Positions 37,825 through 48,469 of a DNA stretch of 64,000 nt are shown piece by piece. The first letter of the stretch is position 1. Every line of letters begins with the position of its first letter. A model generated the notes under the pieces. The model was not told the origin of the DNA and ran no database searches. It worked only from the letters and a program-made list of their open reading frames with translations. Source of the stretch: an uncultured Cytophagales bacterium (GTDB taxonomy: Bacteria > Bacteroidota > Bacteroidia > Cytophagales > UBA9547); NCBI GenBank assembly GCA_945957555.1, contig CAMFLX010000001.1, positions 28,759 through 92,758 of the forward strand, written 5' to 3'. The translations under genes were made by a program, and so were the position numbers.

Positions 37825-38039
37825 CAAATATAAAAATACATATAGATCCAGAGGAACTAGACAAAAAGACTACCGAAAAATACAAGAACTTCAATCAAAT
37901 TGACAAACATGTGAATAGATTTTATACACTTTCTGGCATAAGAAATTTGTATAAAAAAAATCGATTATTGTTTGTTGGCTTGTTTTTACTTTGGCTCATT
38001 ACCTTTGTATGGCTTGTTACAGATCTGTTTAATGACTAA
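37821..38039 (+). CDS. 72-aa single-pass membrane protein, candidate anti-sigma factor
   Basis: ATGA overlap with the sigma gene. It has a C-terminal TM segment LLFVGLFLLWLITFVWLVTDLF. Confidence 0.4.
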   Translation: MTNIKIHIDPEELDKKTTEKYKNFNQIDKHVNRFYTLSGIRNLYKKNRLLFVGLFLLWLITFVWLVTDLFND

Positions 38040-38146
38040 TCACAAAAATCTTCTTTAACTCACTTCCCAACCTTCTTAACTATTCGAAAAGCCAAGTTCC
38101 CTAAGTTTACATTTTAAGAAAGAAAACCCTTATCTACATTCGCATC

Positions 38147-38821
38147 ATGCAAAGTAGGGTAAAATATATAGAGGGACTTTTGGAGACAAGTATTTGGTTA
38201 CCAATCTTGTTTTTATCCTCCTTATTGATACACAACGGCTTGCTTTATTATAAATTTGATATTAGCTATGGTATCCTCCCAGAAAAACAAATTGCATTAA
38301 AAGACGATCTTTGGGTTGTTTGTTTTTACATTCATGTGATTACGGGCATTTGTTGCTTGCTAATACCTATGGTCAACCTTATTGGTAGACATTTCAAGCT
38401 ATCTACAAGATGGCACCAAATCATTGGTCTTTTTTACGTTTGGAACAACCTCATCTTTGTTGCGCCTACTGGTATGTATATTGCCACTTATTCCAAAGGT
38501 GGTTGGTGGGCCGAGGTTGGCTTTATATTTCAAGGGGCTTTACTTATGTTCTTTAGCTATTTTGGTCTCAAATATTCGACGATTTCTATCTCAAAACATG
38601 TGAAATTTATGATAAGGAGCTATGCAATTGCTCTTTCTGTCCTTACATTCAGGGTTTTGCACATCATTTTCATTGTTATGAAACTTCCTTATAATGACAA
38701 CTATGCACTCTCGCAATGGTTAAGCATCACGCTCAACCTCTTTATGGCCGAGCTCATTATCACATATATCATGGCAAAGCAAATTTTAAATATTCCACTC
38801 ATTAGATATACAAATATATGA
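38147..38821 (+). CDS. DUF2306-like polytopic membrane protein
   Basis: 224 aa with about 6 TM segments. The pattern HVITGICCLLIPMVNLIGRHF...WHQIIGLFYV resembles DUF2306. Confidence 0.45.
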   Translation: MQSRVKYIEGLLETSIWLPILFLSSLLIHNGLLYYKFDISYGILPEKQIALKDDLWVVCFYIHVITGICCLLIPMVNLIGRHFKLSTRWHQIIGLFYVWNNLIFVAPTGMYIATYSKGGWWAEVGFIFQGALLMFFSYFGLKYSTISISKHVKFMIRSYAIALSVLTFRVLHIIFIVMKLPYNDNYALSQWLSITLNLFMAELIITYIMAKQILNIPLIRYTNI

Positions 38822-39267
38822 AAAAGCAAATTTTAAACGTTTCCTTATTATTGGTATCGTCTGCAACTATCATTGCTATCTGGGCAATTCCTCGACAGGG
38901 CTTAGAAGAAGATAGCTTATATGTAAGGGATTACAAGGAAGATGTTTGGGTACCAGAAGAGGATAAGAAAGATTCAACTAAAAACAATACAGAAAATGGT
39001 AAAGAAAAGAAAAATGATTCAGTTAAGAATAGCGACACTATCAATGTCTCAAAAAAACAGGAGTCATCAATTAATCAAAGCAAAAAACTACAAAAAAAGG
39101 CTAAAACAAAGCTCATAAAACGAATGGTGGTAAAAACAGATACCATCGGTGCTGATATGAAATTAAAAGACATCAAATTGGAAGATTACGGTCGTGGAAT
39201 CCAATTTAGAAAAACCAGTAAATCAAAACCTGATATTAAAATACAGAAGGCTGATTCCACCCTGTAA
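38818..39267 (+). CDS. secreted or anchored Lys/Ser-rich hypothetical protein
   Basis: ATGA overlap with the previous gene. It has an N-terminal hydrophobic segment followed by low-complexity K/E/S/N-rich sequence. Confidence 0.4.
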   Translation: MKKQILNVSLLLVSSATIIAIWAIPRQGLEEDSLYVRDYKEDVWVPEEDKKDSTKNNTENGKEKKNDSVKNSDTINVSKKQESSINQSKKLQKKAKTKLIKRMVVKTDTIGADMKLKDIKLEDYGRGIQFRKTSKSKPDIKIQKADSTL

Positions 39268-39296
39268 TAAAGATACTAGTAGTTTTTATTTGAGTT

Positions 39297-39330
39297 CAAA
39301 AAACTAGATTCTCTTGAGTCTAGTTTTTTT
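39297..39330. terminator. bidirectional intrinsic terminator
   Basis: AAAAAACTAGA...TCTAGTTTTTTT with an inner CTC/GAG extension. The T-run overlaps the stop codon of the minus-strand kinase. Confidence 0.7.
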
Positions 39331-41434
39331 ATGACCAAGGTATCGTGATCGTAAACTGAGTACCTCTATCAAGCTCGCTTTCTATAACAACTTTTCCTCC
39401 CAATTGTTCTACCTGAGATTTCACCAAAAAAAGGCCCATGCCCTTTCCTTCTTGCTCATGGTCAATTTTATAGAATAGCTTAAATACATGCTCTAATTCG
39501 CTTGGAGGTATTCCCTTTCCGTTATCTCGTACTTTTAATACTAAATGATTTTCTGTATACATAGACTCAACCCAAATTTTGATGCTTCGATCCATTGAGC
39601 GATATTTTATAGAATTGTTAATGAGGTTGTACAAGATACTTGTTATGTAAGGAGGGAAACTTCTGAAGTAATTTGCTTTAAAATCAGTAATGATTTCACA
39701 ACTACTATCTAGAATCTGAATAATAAGTTTATCTTTTATGTTTTCGATCTCTTTTACCAAATTAACTTCCGTAAACTCGATTTCTGTTTCCTTATCATGT
39801 GTCACTAGTATATTGATGTCATCAATGATATTTTTAAGTTGCTGATTGGTCTTTTTGATAACTTTAAAATATTCCTGTGTTTCCTCATCAAGGTTGCTTT
39901 CATTAACAAAATCCAAAAGGGTGTTCAAATTATTAACCGGTGATTTTAAATTGTGAGAAACAATATATGTAAACTGCTCTAGCCTCATTGTTTTTTTCTC
40001 CAATTGCATATTTGAATATACAATCTGCTTTGTTCTTTCTTCTATTTGTTGTTCTAAATTATCATTATACTTCTTTATAAGTTCGTTTTGTTCCGTGATG
40101 GTTTGAGAGAAGGATTCTAGCTTTTTACTTTTCTCTAAGATTTCTTCCGTTCTACTACCAATTTTTGTTTCTAAAATATTATTCTGCTCCGAAATAAAGC
40201 GCTCCTTATCTTGTATAGCAATACGTTCATTGTTTTGTGCCTTTATACGTTCAATATCTAGTTTTCTCAGTTTATCTGCTAGAGCTAGAGAAATAAATAT
40301 AGTATCGATCACTATACCAATTTCAAGCATAAATTCCTGCGAATCATTTCCTTTGATAAATCCTAAAATCCTGAAACTCGTCAAAGCAACACTTACCATA
40401 AAAAATGTAGTTGCAAACAAATAAAATCTTGCAACATCATTACCCTTATACCAACTGTATAGACTTATAAAAAAAATAAAACATGGTGTAATGATAAAAA
40501 GCGTGGAAGCAAAACTGGCTGTTATCTTGTATGGCATAAAAAAAGAGAATAGCCATATGATGACGCCTAGTAATATAAAGAATTTTAATATAATCGCACC
40601 TATTCTTTCTTTATTCTCTAATTCTAAAAACAAATAACAAAACAAACAGCTTATTATATTAGTAAGTACAGCGAAATTTGAAAAAAGATGATTTAATAAG
40701 TTCCTATTTTCATCGAATATCCCAAAATACGAGATAAAACCATTGAACGTACTAATGGCAGTAACCGTGACTATTATATAAATATTATAAAGTAAGTATA
40801 TAAAATCTCTAAGTGTAAAAAACAAGAAGAAATTATAAATAAGAACAACCAAAATCGCACCATAAAACAAACCGTAATATATATATTTATTTTTTTCATA
40901 ATTATATAAATATGGTTCGCTAGTAATAGTAATGGGAAGATAAACAGAACCACTTGTCTTTATTTTAACATATATCACTTGTTGCTCCTCAAGAGGAGCT
41001 TTGATTGGGAATACTATGTTTTTCGTATCATAGTACCTTGTATAACTAGGATATAACTCCCCTTGTTCCATAGGAGCATAGTTCTCATTTTGTGAATACT
41101 GATATAAAAATACTGAATCCAAAAGAGAGTAATTGATATAAAAAACATATTTGTCATATTTAGGGTCAGCATTTCTAAAAGGTAATTTTAACCAAACAGT
41201 CTTTCCTAACAGACCTAAATTTAAGTTTTCTTGATTATGATGTTGGTAAAACCTTCTTGCATCTAGTTGTTTTACTTCTTCCAAGGTCATACTTCCAGAG
41301 CTATCTATGAAATAATCAAACGATGGATTCTTCATAAATTGAGCTTGGTCATTCAGGTGAATCATGTTATTCTGAGCTTTCAGAAAACCATAAACGATTA
41401 AAACCAATACAAAAAACAATTTGTATAGAAACAT
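39329..41434 (-). CDS. 7TM-DISM sensor histidine kinase (DISMED2 + 7TM + HisKA + HATPase)
   Basis: Signal peptide, extracytoplasmic domain, 7 TM segments, coiled coil, H-box FTYIVSHNLKSPVNNL, and N/G boxes (LINNSIKY, DNGKGI, GKGMGLFLV). Confidence 0.85.
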   Translation of the reverse strand: MFLYKLFFVLVLIVYGFLKAQNNMIHLNDQAQFMKNPSFDYFIDSSGSMTLEEVKQLDARRFYQHHNQENLNLGLLGKTVWLKLPFRNADPKYDKYVFYINYSLLDSVFLYQYSQNENYAPMEQGELYPSYTRYYDTKNIVFPIKAPLEEQQVIYVKIKTSGSVYLPITITSEPYLYNYEKNKYIYYGLFYGAILVVLIYNFFLFFTLRDFIYLLYNIYIIVTVTAISTFNGFISYFGIFDENRNLLNHLFSNFAVLTNIISCLFCYLFLELENKERIGAIILKFFILLGVIIWLFSFFMPYKITASFASTLFIITPCFIFFISLYSWYKGNDVARFYLFATTFFMVSVALTSFRILGFIKGNDSQEFMLEIGIVIDTIFISLALADKLRKLDIERIKAQNNERIAIQDKERFISEQNNILETKIGSRTEEILEKSKKLESFSQTITEQNELIKKYNDNLEQQIEERTKQIVYSNMQLEKKTMRLEQFTYIVSHNLKSPVNNLNTLLDFVNESNLDEETQEYFKVIKKTNQQLKNIIDDINILVTHDKETEIEFTEVNLVKEIENIKDKLIIQILDSSCEIITDFKANYFRSFPPYITSILYNLINNSIKYRSMDRSIKIWVESMYTENHLVLKVRDNGKGIPPSELEHVFKLFYKIDHEQEGKGMGLFLVKSQVEQLGGKVVIESELDRGTQFTITIPWS

Positions 41435-41473
41435 TTAGCTTTCCTTTTTCCTTATTATGTAAAATAAATTGAT

Positions 41474-43570
41474 TTATTTATTGGGAAGATGTATGTAGAA
41501 CGTTGTTCCTTCACCCAATTTACTAGTCACTTCTATTTTCCCATCTAGTAGCTCTACTTGAGATTTCACGATAAACAGTCCCATGCCTTTCCCCTCCTGC
41601 TTGTAATCTATTTTATAAAACAACTTAAATACATCTTCAAGTTGTGATTCGGCTATTCCTTGCCCATTATCTTTAACTTTTATAATTGTCGTTAGATCTC
41701 CATCAAAACTCTCTACAATTATTTCAATTGGTCTATCCGAAGATCTATATTTAATAGCATTACTTACTAAATTGTAAATTATGCTTGTGATGTACGCAGA
41801 AAAACTTTTTATTTTGCTTACTTGGAAATTAGTTTTAATAGTGCAATTTGTCTTTTCAATTTGGATGACCAATTTGTCTTTTATGTTATCAATTACAGCA
41901 TTTAAATCTATTTCTGTATATTCAATATCCGTACCCTTATCAAGTTTTACTAGTATATTTATTTCCTCAATGATGTTTATAAGTTGGTTACTTGTCCTTC
42001 CTATTACAGAAAAGTACTCCTTATTTTCTTCGCTTAAATTATCAAAATTAACAAAGCCCAATAGAGCATCTAAATTATTAACTGGTGATTTAAGATTATG
42101 AGAAACAATATAGGTAAACTGCTCCAGCCTATCTGTCTTACGTTCTAGTTGCTTATTAGTTTCCAAGATTTCTTTAGTCCTGGCCTCAATTTGTTGCTCT
42201 AAGTTCTCAGTATAATCCCTCAAGAGATCGTTTTGTTGCTTAATAGTTTGTGAGAATAATTCCAGTTGATCATTTTTCTCCAAAATTTCCTTAGTTCTGC
42301 TACTGATCTTTCTTTCCAAAATATTATTTTGTTCAACAATCAAACGTTCCTTTTCAGCAACGGCAGCTAGTTCACTTTCTTGGGATTTCTCTTTATCCAT
42401 TCTTAATTTCCGAAGTTTGTCAGCTAAGGCCAGAGAAATGAGTACTGCGTCAATAATGACACCCAATTCAATAAGTGTTTCTTGAAATTTATTACCTGTA
42501 ATAATACCCATTACCCGAAAGCTCATCATCAATACACTTACAAGAAAAAAGCTTGACGCCAATGTATAAAATCTGGCAGTATAATTTCCACTAATCCAAG
42601 AGCTTAAGCTAATGTAAAGAAGAGCACATGGTGTAACAATGTAAAGAATAGAAGCTATCCTAATGGTGGTTTGATACTCAACAAAAAAGGATAAGATAGT
42701 AAAGATAATGCCTGTAAATATTATAAACTTCAATATGTAACCATAATACTTATTTGTTTTTTTTATTTCTAAGAAATAATAACAAAACAAGCTACTGATA
42801 ATAACAAAATTAAAGACTATGTTTCCAAAAAGCTTGTTCAGTAGAATGCGATCATGATTGAAAACCCCGGAATAAGAAATAAATCCGTTAAAATAACTCA
42901 AAATGGCAATAATGACAAATACGTAAGTACAGTACAAAAGATAAACAAAATCTCTTAATGTGATGAATAACAATAAATTATATGTCAATATTAAGATCGT
43001 AGCACCATAGAAAAGTCCATAAAAAAGATAGTTCTTTTTTTCAGTATCGTACATTGATTCTTCACTCGAAATGCTCATTGGCAAGTAAACGACGCCTTCC
43101 GTCTTTACTTTAATATAAATAGTTTGGATATCATTATAAGATATCTGGAGTGGTAAAACAATATTTTTTGTATCGTAATATTTATTGTAAGTTGGGTACA
43201 TCTCACCTTGTTGCTTTATTTGTACCATGCCATTGGCGGAAAGTTGGTAAACAATAATAGAATCTATAAGGGGAAAGCCAAAATTGAGAACCCATTTTTC
43301 AAGTTCAGAATTATTGTTTTTAATTCTTAATTTTAGCCAAACAGCCTTATCAAAAATTCCTAAATTTAATATATTAGTTTTCGCAGTAAATCTTTCATCA
43401 GACAATTTATCAATAGTAGTAATGGTATAAGTATTCGAACTATCTATAAAATATTTGAAAGCTGGATTTTCTACAATATGCTTACTATCATACAATTGTA
43501 TGACCCCAACTTGTGCAAAAATCGATTTACACACTAGGATGAAAACATTTATAAAAATGATTTTTTTCAA
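41474..43570 (-). CDS. 7TM-DISM sensor histidine kinase, tandem paralog of the preceding gene
   Basis: Same architecture and a near-identical H-box region (EQFTYIVSHNLKSPVNNLDALLGFVN...). TTG start. Confidence 0.85.
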   Translation of the reverse strand: MKKIIFINVFILVCKSIFAQVGVIQLYDSKHIVENPAFKYFIDSSNTYTITTIDKLSDERFTAKTNILNLGIFDKAVWLKLRIKNNNSELEKWVLNFGFPLIDSIIVYQLSANGMVQIKQQGEMYPTYNKYYDTKNIVLPLQISYNDIQTIYIKVKTEGVVYLPMSISSEESMYDTEKKNYLFYGLFYGATILILTYNLLLFITLRDFVYLLYCTYVFVIIAILSYFNGFISYSGVFNHDRILLNKLFGNIVFNFVIISSLFCYYFLEIKKTNKYYGYILKFIIFTGIIFTILSFFVEYQTTIRIASILYIVTPCALLYISLSSWISGNYTARFYTLASSFFLVSVLMMSFRVMGIITGNKFQETLIELGVIIDAVLISLALADKLRKLRMDKEKSQESELAAVAEKERLIVEQNNILERKISSRTKEILEKNDQLELFSQTIKQQNDLLRDYTENLEQQIEARTKEILETNKQLERKTDRLEQFTYIVSHNLKSPVNNLDALLGFVNFDNLSEENKEYFSVIGRTSNQLINIIEEINILVKLDKGTDIEYTEIDLNAVIDNIKDKLVIQIEKTNCTIKTNFQVSKIKSFSAYITSIIYNLVSNAIKYRSSDRPIEIIVESFDGDLTTIIKVKDNGQGIAESQLEDVFKLFYKIDYKQEGKGMGLFIVKSQVELLDGKIEVTSKLGEGTTFYIHLPNK

Positions 43571-43880
43571 AAAAGATCTTACGAATTTATCCGCCTAAAA
43601 TACAAATTATTGATGAATTTATTCATTTATTTCAGGGATAAGCTCTTTATATTAGATCAAAAAGCTAGGTTGTGTCATTATCCTGACAATCATTATGCGG
43701 CGCATAATTATTCTGGAGTTTTTTTATAAAAAGTAACAATTAGTAAACTGATATTCTCACTGGGTAAAAAGCTCTTTTCATTTAGGCACTTACGATATAT
43801 AATCATAACTAATTAATAAACAGAAAGATAAATATATATTCTGTTTTGAAATCTTATACAAAACTTATTAAATTTGAAAC

Positions 43881-45866
43881 ATGCATGTTATCAATAAAAA
43901 TTTAAAACTTATCTTTTCTGTCCTTCTTGTCTTTGTAGCACCCTTCAATTCATATAGTTCTGATGGCCGTGAAACAGCGAGATACTATATTGATAAGGCT
44001 AAGGAGATAAGGTTTAGCGCTCCAGAGAAAAGTCTAGAATACCTTCAACAAGCACTAGTTCTTTGTATAAAATCTGATAATGTAGAAGAACAAGTAGAAT
44101 GCTATACTTTAATCGGGGATATAAATCTTCAAAACAAACTTTATGAAAGTGCATTAAACAATACATCCAAAGCATTAAATTTGAAAAACTCGATTACTAC
44201 TAGCAAAAAAACGTTCAAGAAACCAAAGACATCAAGAAATTCAATATCTAAAGGCGAAATCTATTTACAGTTAGCAAATGCTTATCATTTAAATAACAAA
44301 TCAGACGAGGCTTTAAAAATTCTGCAGAACAATACATATTTCGAAACGGAAAAGGAAAAAACGGATGCAGATCTATTAATTGCGGAGGTTTATAAAAGCC
44401 AAAAAAATTATAAAGAATCCTTAAAGCAATATGATAAACTACTTAAGAAAAACAATATCGATGTTAGCTCCAACGATCTGGCAATTATTAACTCTAAAAT
44501 CGCCGAGGTTTATCGTGATCAAAACATATCTGACAAATCTTTAGAATATTTGAAAAAAGCCAAGGTTGATGCACTCGAATCGAAAGACATTGATCTGATC
44601 AAAGATATCAACAACCTCATCAGCGAAGAGCTCAATGAAAACAACAACTACAAAGAGGAAATCAAGATAAGGGAGCAAAACTTAAACATTAGTATTTCAA
44701 AAAAGGATACCAGTTCATATATTAATGAAGCTGTAGCTCTCGCATATCTGTATCTGAGATCAAACCAGTTTAAAAAAGCTGAAGATCTCGCAAATAGGGT
44801 GATTTATTTTGCACAAACAAATCATAAACACATTAAGGTAGAAGCTATGGCCTATAAAGCTAAAGCAATACTTTACCAACTTAATGGAAACTACCCATTA
44901 TCAAACACTTATTATAAATATTATGCAAACACAATAGACACTCTTCTTAGATTAATAGATGAAAAGGAAGCAAAAAGCATGAAGACTAGTGCGCTATTTG
45001 CAGAAAAACAAAAACAAATAGATCTACTGGAAAAGGATGTTATGATCAATAAAAAAACCATTGAGGCCATGTCCAGTGCACAAACAGCAATAGATGAACG
45101 GATAGCTCGGCAAAAAATAATCATCTGGTCACTCACCCTAGGCCTCATACTCATCATTCTTTCTACATATTTAATTTATAAAAATGCACAAAGACGCAGG
45201 CTTGCCAACCAACTTCTCGCGCTAAAATCGCTCCGAAGCCAAATGAATCCTCATTTTATTTTTAACGCACTCAATTCAGTAAACAGCTTTATATCTATAA
45301 ACGACGAAAAGTCTGCAAACAAATACTTGGCTGATTTTTCAAGACTCATGCGAATGGTAATGGAAAATTCACAATATGAATTCATAAATCTTAGCCAAGA
45401 AACTGAAATTCTCACTTTATATTTGAGTCTTGAACATTTCAGATTTTTAAATAAATTTGAATATGAATTTATTATTGACGACCGCATAGACCGAGATTTC
45501 GTAAGTATACCACCAATGATTGTACAACCACATATAGAAAATGCTATCTGGCATGGCCTAAGGTATAAAGCAAATAAAGGTTTTCTGAAAATTCACATTT
45601 TCAAGTTAGATGAAGATATGATCAAAATAACCATTACCGACAATGGTATCGGTCGAACAAAGTCTCAAGAACTAAAAACCAAAAACCAAAAAAGCAATAA
45701 ATCTACTGGTATCAAAAATACAGAAAGCAGAATCCAACTCATAAAGGAAATCTATGGTAGAGATATTAGCATTAATATCATGGATGCAAACCCCAAAGAG
45801 AACGATACGGGCACTATTGTTGAAATAATCATACCATCATTCTTAAATCAAGAAAATCATGCTTAA
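43881..45866 (+). CDS. TPR-domain sensor histidine kinase of the LytS/His_kinase (PF06580-like) type
   Basis: Signal peptide, TPR-like repeats, one TM segment (IIIWSLTLGLILIILSTYLIY), LRSQMNPHFIFNALNSVNSFI, and a GHKL ATPase (VQPHIENAIWHG, DNGIG). Confidence 0.85.
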   Translation: MHVINKNLKLIFSVLLVFVAPFNSYSSDGRETARYYIDKAKEIRFSAPEKSLEYLQQALVLCIKSDNVEEQVECYTLIGDINLQNKLYESALNNTSKALNLKNSITTSKKTFKKPKTSRNSISKGEIYLQLANAYHLNNKSDEALKILQNNTYFETEKEKTDADLLIAEVYKSQKNYKESLKQYDKLLKKNNIDVSSNDLAIINSKIAEVYRDQNISDKSLEYLKKAKVDALESKDIDLIKDINNLISEELNENNNYKEEIKIREQNLNISISKKDTSSYINEAVALAYLYLRSNQFKKAEDLANRVIYFAQTNHKHIKVEAMAYKAKAILYQLNGNYPLSNTYYKYYANTIDTLLRLIDEKEAKSMKTSALFAEKQKQIDLLEKDVMINKKTIEAMSSAQTAIDERIARQKIIIWSLTLGLILIILSTYLIYKNAQRRRLANQLLALKSLRSQMNPHFIFNALNSVNSFISINDEKSANKYLADFSRLMRMVMENSQYEFINLSQETEILTLYLSLEHFRFLNKFEYEFIIDDRIDRDFVSIPPMIVQPHIENAIWHGLRYKANKGFLKIHIFKLDEDMIKITITDNGIGRTKSQELKTKNQKSNKSTGIKNTESRIQLIKEIYGRDISINIMDANPKENDTGTIVEIIIPSFLNQENHA

Positions 45867-46608
45867 AGCAATCATTGTCGACGACGAACAAGCCAGCCGA
45901 GATACTTTGTTCAACTATCTCAGCAAATATTGCGAAAATGTACAAGTACTAGCACAAGCTGAAGATGTTAAAACAGCCTTACCACTTATACACAAGCACA
46001 ATCCTGATATCGTATTTTTAGATGTGGAAATGCCTTACGGAAACGCCTTTGATCTTTTACAACAAGTAGGCGACATAACCTTTGAAACGGTCTTTGTTAC
46101 CGCATTCAGTCATTATGCTCTTAAAGCCTTAAATTTGAGTGCTTCATATTATATCCTAAAACCAATTGATATAGAAGAACTTGTTTCTGCCGTTGAAAAA
46201 ATTTCTGAAAATAGAAAAACAAAAAAAGAGAGTCTCCACAACAAGATAATTGTGGAAAACATCAATACTGTTAACAAACAACTCCAGAAACTAGTCCTAC
46301 CAAGGCTTGATGGTTTCGAAGTTGTTCAAATAAGTGATATCCTTCGTTGTCAAGCAAATGATAACTTTACAGAGTTCTTTTTTTTAAATGGTAAAAAAGA
46401 GCTCGTTTGTCGTACTCTTAAATTCTATGAAGACACCCTATCGGATTTTGGATTTATCAGGATCCATAAGTCTCATTTGATTAACAGTCAGTTTATCAAA
46501 CGCTATATAAAGGGTAAAAGTGGGACTATTATCATGGTTGATGGTTGTGAATTAGAACTTTCACAACAACGCAAAGAACAGTTTTTGGAACAATTTGGTA
46601 AAATATAA
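45859..46608 (+). CDS. LytR/AlgR-family response regulator (REC + LytTR)
   Basis: AIIVDDE...DIVFLDVEMP receiver domain and a LytTR C-terminus (FIRIHKSHLINSQFIKRY). It has an 8-nt overlap with the kinase gene. Confidence 0.9.
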   Translation: MLKAIIVDDEQASRDTLFNYLSKYCENVQVLAQAEDVKTALPLIHKHNPDIVFLDVEMPYGNAFDLLQQVGDITFETVFVTAFSHYALKALNLSASYYILKPIDIEELVSAVEKISENRKTKKESLHNKIIVENINTVNKQLQKLVLPRLDGFEVVQISDILRCQANDNFTEFFFLNGKKELVCRTLKFYEDTLSDFGFIRIHKSHLINSQFIKRYIKGKSGTIIMVDGCELELSQQRKEQFLEQFGKI

Positions 46609-46741
46609 ATCGATTATAATATTCATCACGGATTTAGCCTTTTTTGATAGTAAAACCTGAAACATAAAGTTTCTTAGCATCTTTATTACAAACAAATTTA
46701 TCTGTTTGAACAAATATTATAGTTATTTTGTATGATATGGT

Positions 46742-47629
46742 ATGGAACGTAAACACTTCTTGAAACTCATGTCTCTTACGCCATTTTTCGGTATCGCACA
46801 AAAAATGCACGTTTTAAACGAACTTTCTAACCATCTCCCCAATACAGAAACGATGCCTGTTCTCTTTGTTGGCCACGGAAGCCCGATGAATGCGATAGAA
46901 GACAATATTTTTTCCCAAGGAATGAAAGAAATAGGGAAAAAAATCAATAAACCAAAAGCTATTCTGATGGTTTCGGCTCATTGGGAAACAAAGGGTACAT
47001 TTGTAACAGCTCAAAGCTTGCCACCAACCATTCATGATTTTGGAGGCTTCCCTCAAGCACTATTTGACGTACAGTATCCTGCTCCTGGTAGCAAATGGCT
47101 AGCAGAAGAAACACAAAAGACAGTGACAAGTACAAATATTGAACTCAATGACAAATGGGGCTTCGATCATGGTTGCTGGAGCGTTACAAAAAATATGTTT
47201 CCAAATGCAGACATCCCCATCATTCAGCTGAGTTTGGATTATACACAAACAGCACAATACCATTATGACTTAGCAAAACAGCTTGCATCCTTACGTAAAA
47301 AAGGAGTTCTCATCATCGGAAGTGGTAATATGGTTCATAATTTTAAGTATGCTATGGTAAAGGGGAACGATTTCAACGCACCTTTTGCACATGATTGGGC
47401 CATAGAAGCCAATACTACTCTTAAAAAACTGATATTAGACAATGACTACAAATCCTTAATCAATTATAAAACATACAGCAAAGCCCTCGATCTTTCTGCT
47501 CCAACACCAGAGCATTATTTACCAATGCTTTATGCCATAGCCTTGAGGGACAGAGAGGAATCAATAGATTTCTTTAACGATGTTACAGTAGGCGGCTCCT
47601 TTTCCATGACATCAATAAAAATTGGCTAA
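46742..47629 (+). CDS. ygiD: 4,5-DOPA dioxygenase extradiol (YgiD family)
   Basis: PVLFVGHGSPMNAIEDN, VSAHWET, DHGCWSV and GSGNMVHN motifs. Confidence 0.85.
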   Translation: MERKHFLKLMSLTPFFGIAQKMHVLNELSNHLPNTETMPVLFVGHGSPMNAIEDNIFSQGMKEIGKKINKPKAILMVSAHWETKGTFVTAQSLPPTIHDFGGFPQALFDVQYPAPGSKWLAEETQKTVTSTNIELNDKWGFDHGCWSVTKNMFPNADIPIIQLSLDYTQTAQYHYDLAKQLASLRKKGVLIIGSGNMVHNFKYAMVKGNDFNAPFAHDWAIEANTTLKKLILDNDYKSLINYKTYSKALDLSAPTPEHYLPMLYAIALRDREESIDFFNDVTVGGSFSMTSIKIG

Positions 47630-47740
47630 GAAATATTTGTTATTTAAAAATTCTTCTATCAAATATTTTTGGATCACGCGTATCTAGTTTATATTAGAAA
47701 TTATTAAAAGTCATCAATAACATATAAAACAAGAAAAACA

Positions 47741-48469
47741 ATGCAAAAGCTTTTATTTTTGTCAATTTATATTCTGATAATCAATGTTTTCGCTGAAAAT
47801 CATACTTTTTACACAATCGCAAAATCAGGCCTCAACCTCAGGTCAGAAGCAAACACTTCTTCAAAAGTATTGGCAACAATAGCCTATGGTGAAGAAGTGA
47901 TTCTCGTTACTAATTATGTAGCCGACATAAAAGTCGACAATATGTCTGGCTATTGGGTAAAAGTAAAATATAAGAACCTAGTGGGTTTTTTGGTAAACGT
48001 ATATTTGGTTCCTAACAAGGCTCCTCTCGGAACCATAAATTCGCTCTCTGACTACTTTTCGCAAATCAGCACTATGGCCTACAAAACAGAAGAAATCAAA
48101 AACGGTAATTTCACAGATGATAGCGAAGGCTATAGCTCAATACAAAAAACGCTATATAAAAATGGTATGGAAATTCATTACTTTACAGGTTATGAATTTG
48201 GTGAGCAAACCTTTTTCTTACCCAATTGGAGCAAAGAAAACACTTTTCTATTACTCAAATCCATTACTGACTTTAAAATATTGAACGATTTTTCTATCAT
48301 GTACCCGACGGTTAGTAAAGTATATAAGAAAGGTGAAAAAACTGTGGATGTTAAAGTTGATGCAAATAGTGGCGTTATCCATATTTCTTATGAAGAAGGT
48401 GCGATGTATGAGATCACGATCACTTACCAAAGCAATCAAGCTGTTGTTACTCTTTCTTCAGGTGTTTAG
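47741..48469 (+). CDS. secreted SH3 (SH3_3-like) domain protein
   Basis: Signal peptide, then LNLRSEANTSSKVLATIAYGEEVILV...GYWVKVKYKNLVGFL, typical of bacterial SH3 domains. Confidence 0.55.
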   Translation: MQKLLFLSIYILIINVFAENHTFYTIAKSGLNLRSEANTSSKVLATIAYGEEVILVTNYVADIKVDNMSGYWVKVKYKNLVGFLVNVYLVPNKAPLGTINSLSDYFSQISTMAYKTEEIKNGNFTDDSEGYSSIQKTLYKNGMEIHYFTGYEFGEQTFFLPNWSKENTFLLLKSITDFKILNDFSIMYPTVSKVYKKGEKTVDVKVDANSGVIHISYEEGAMYEITITYQSNQAVVTLSSGV

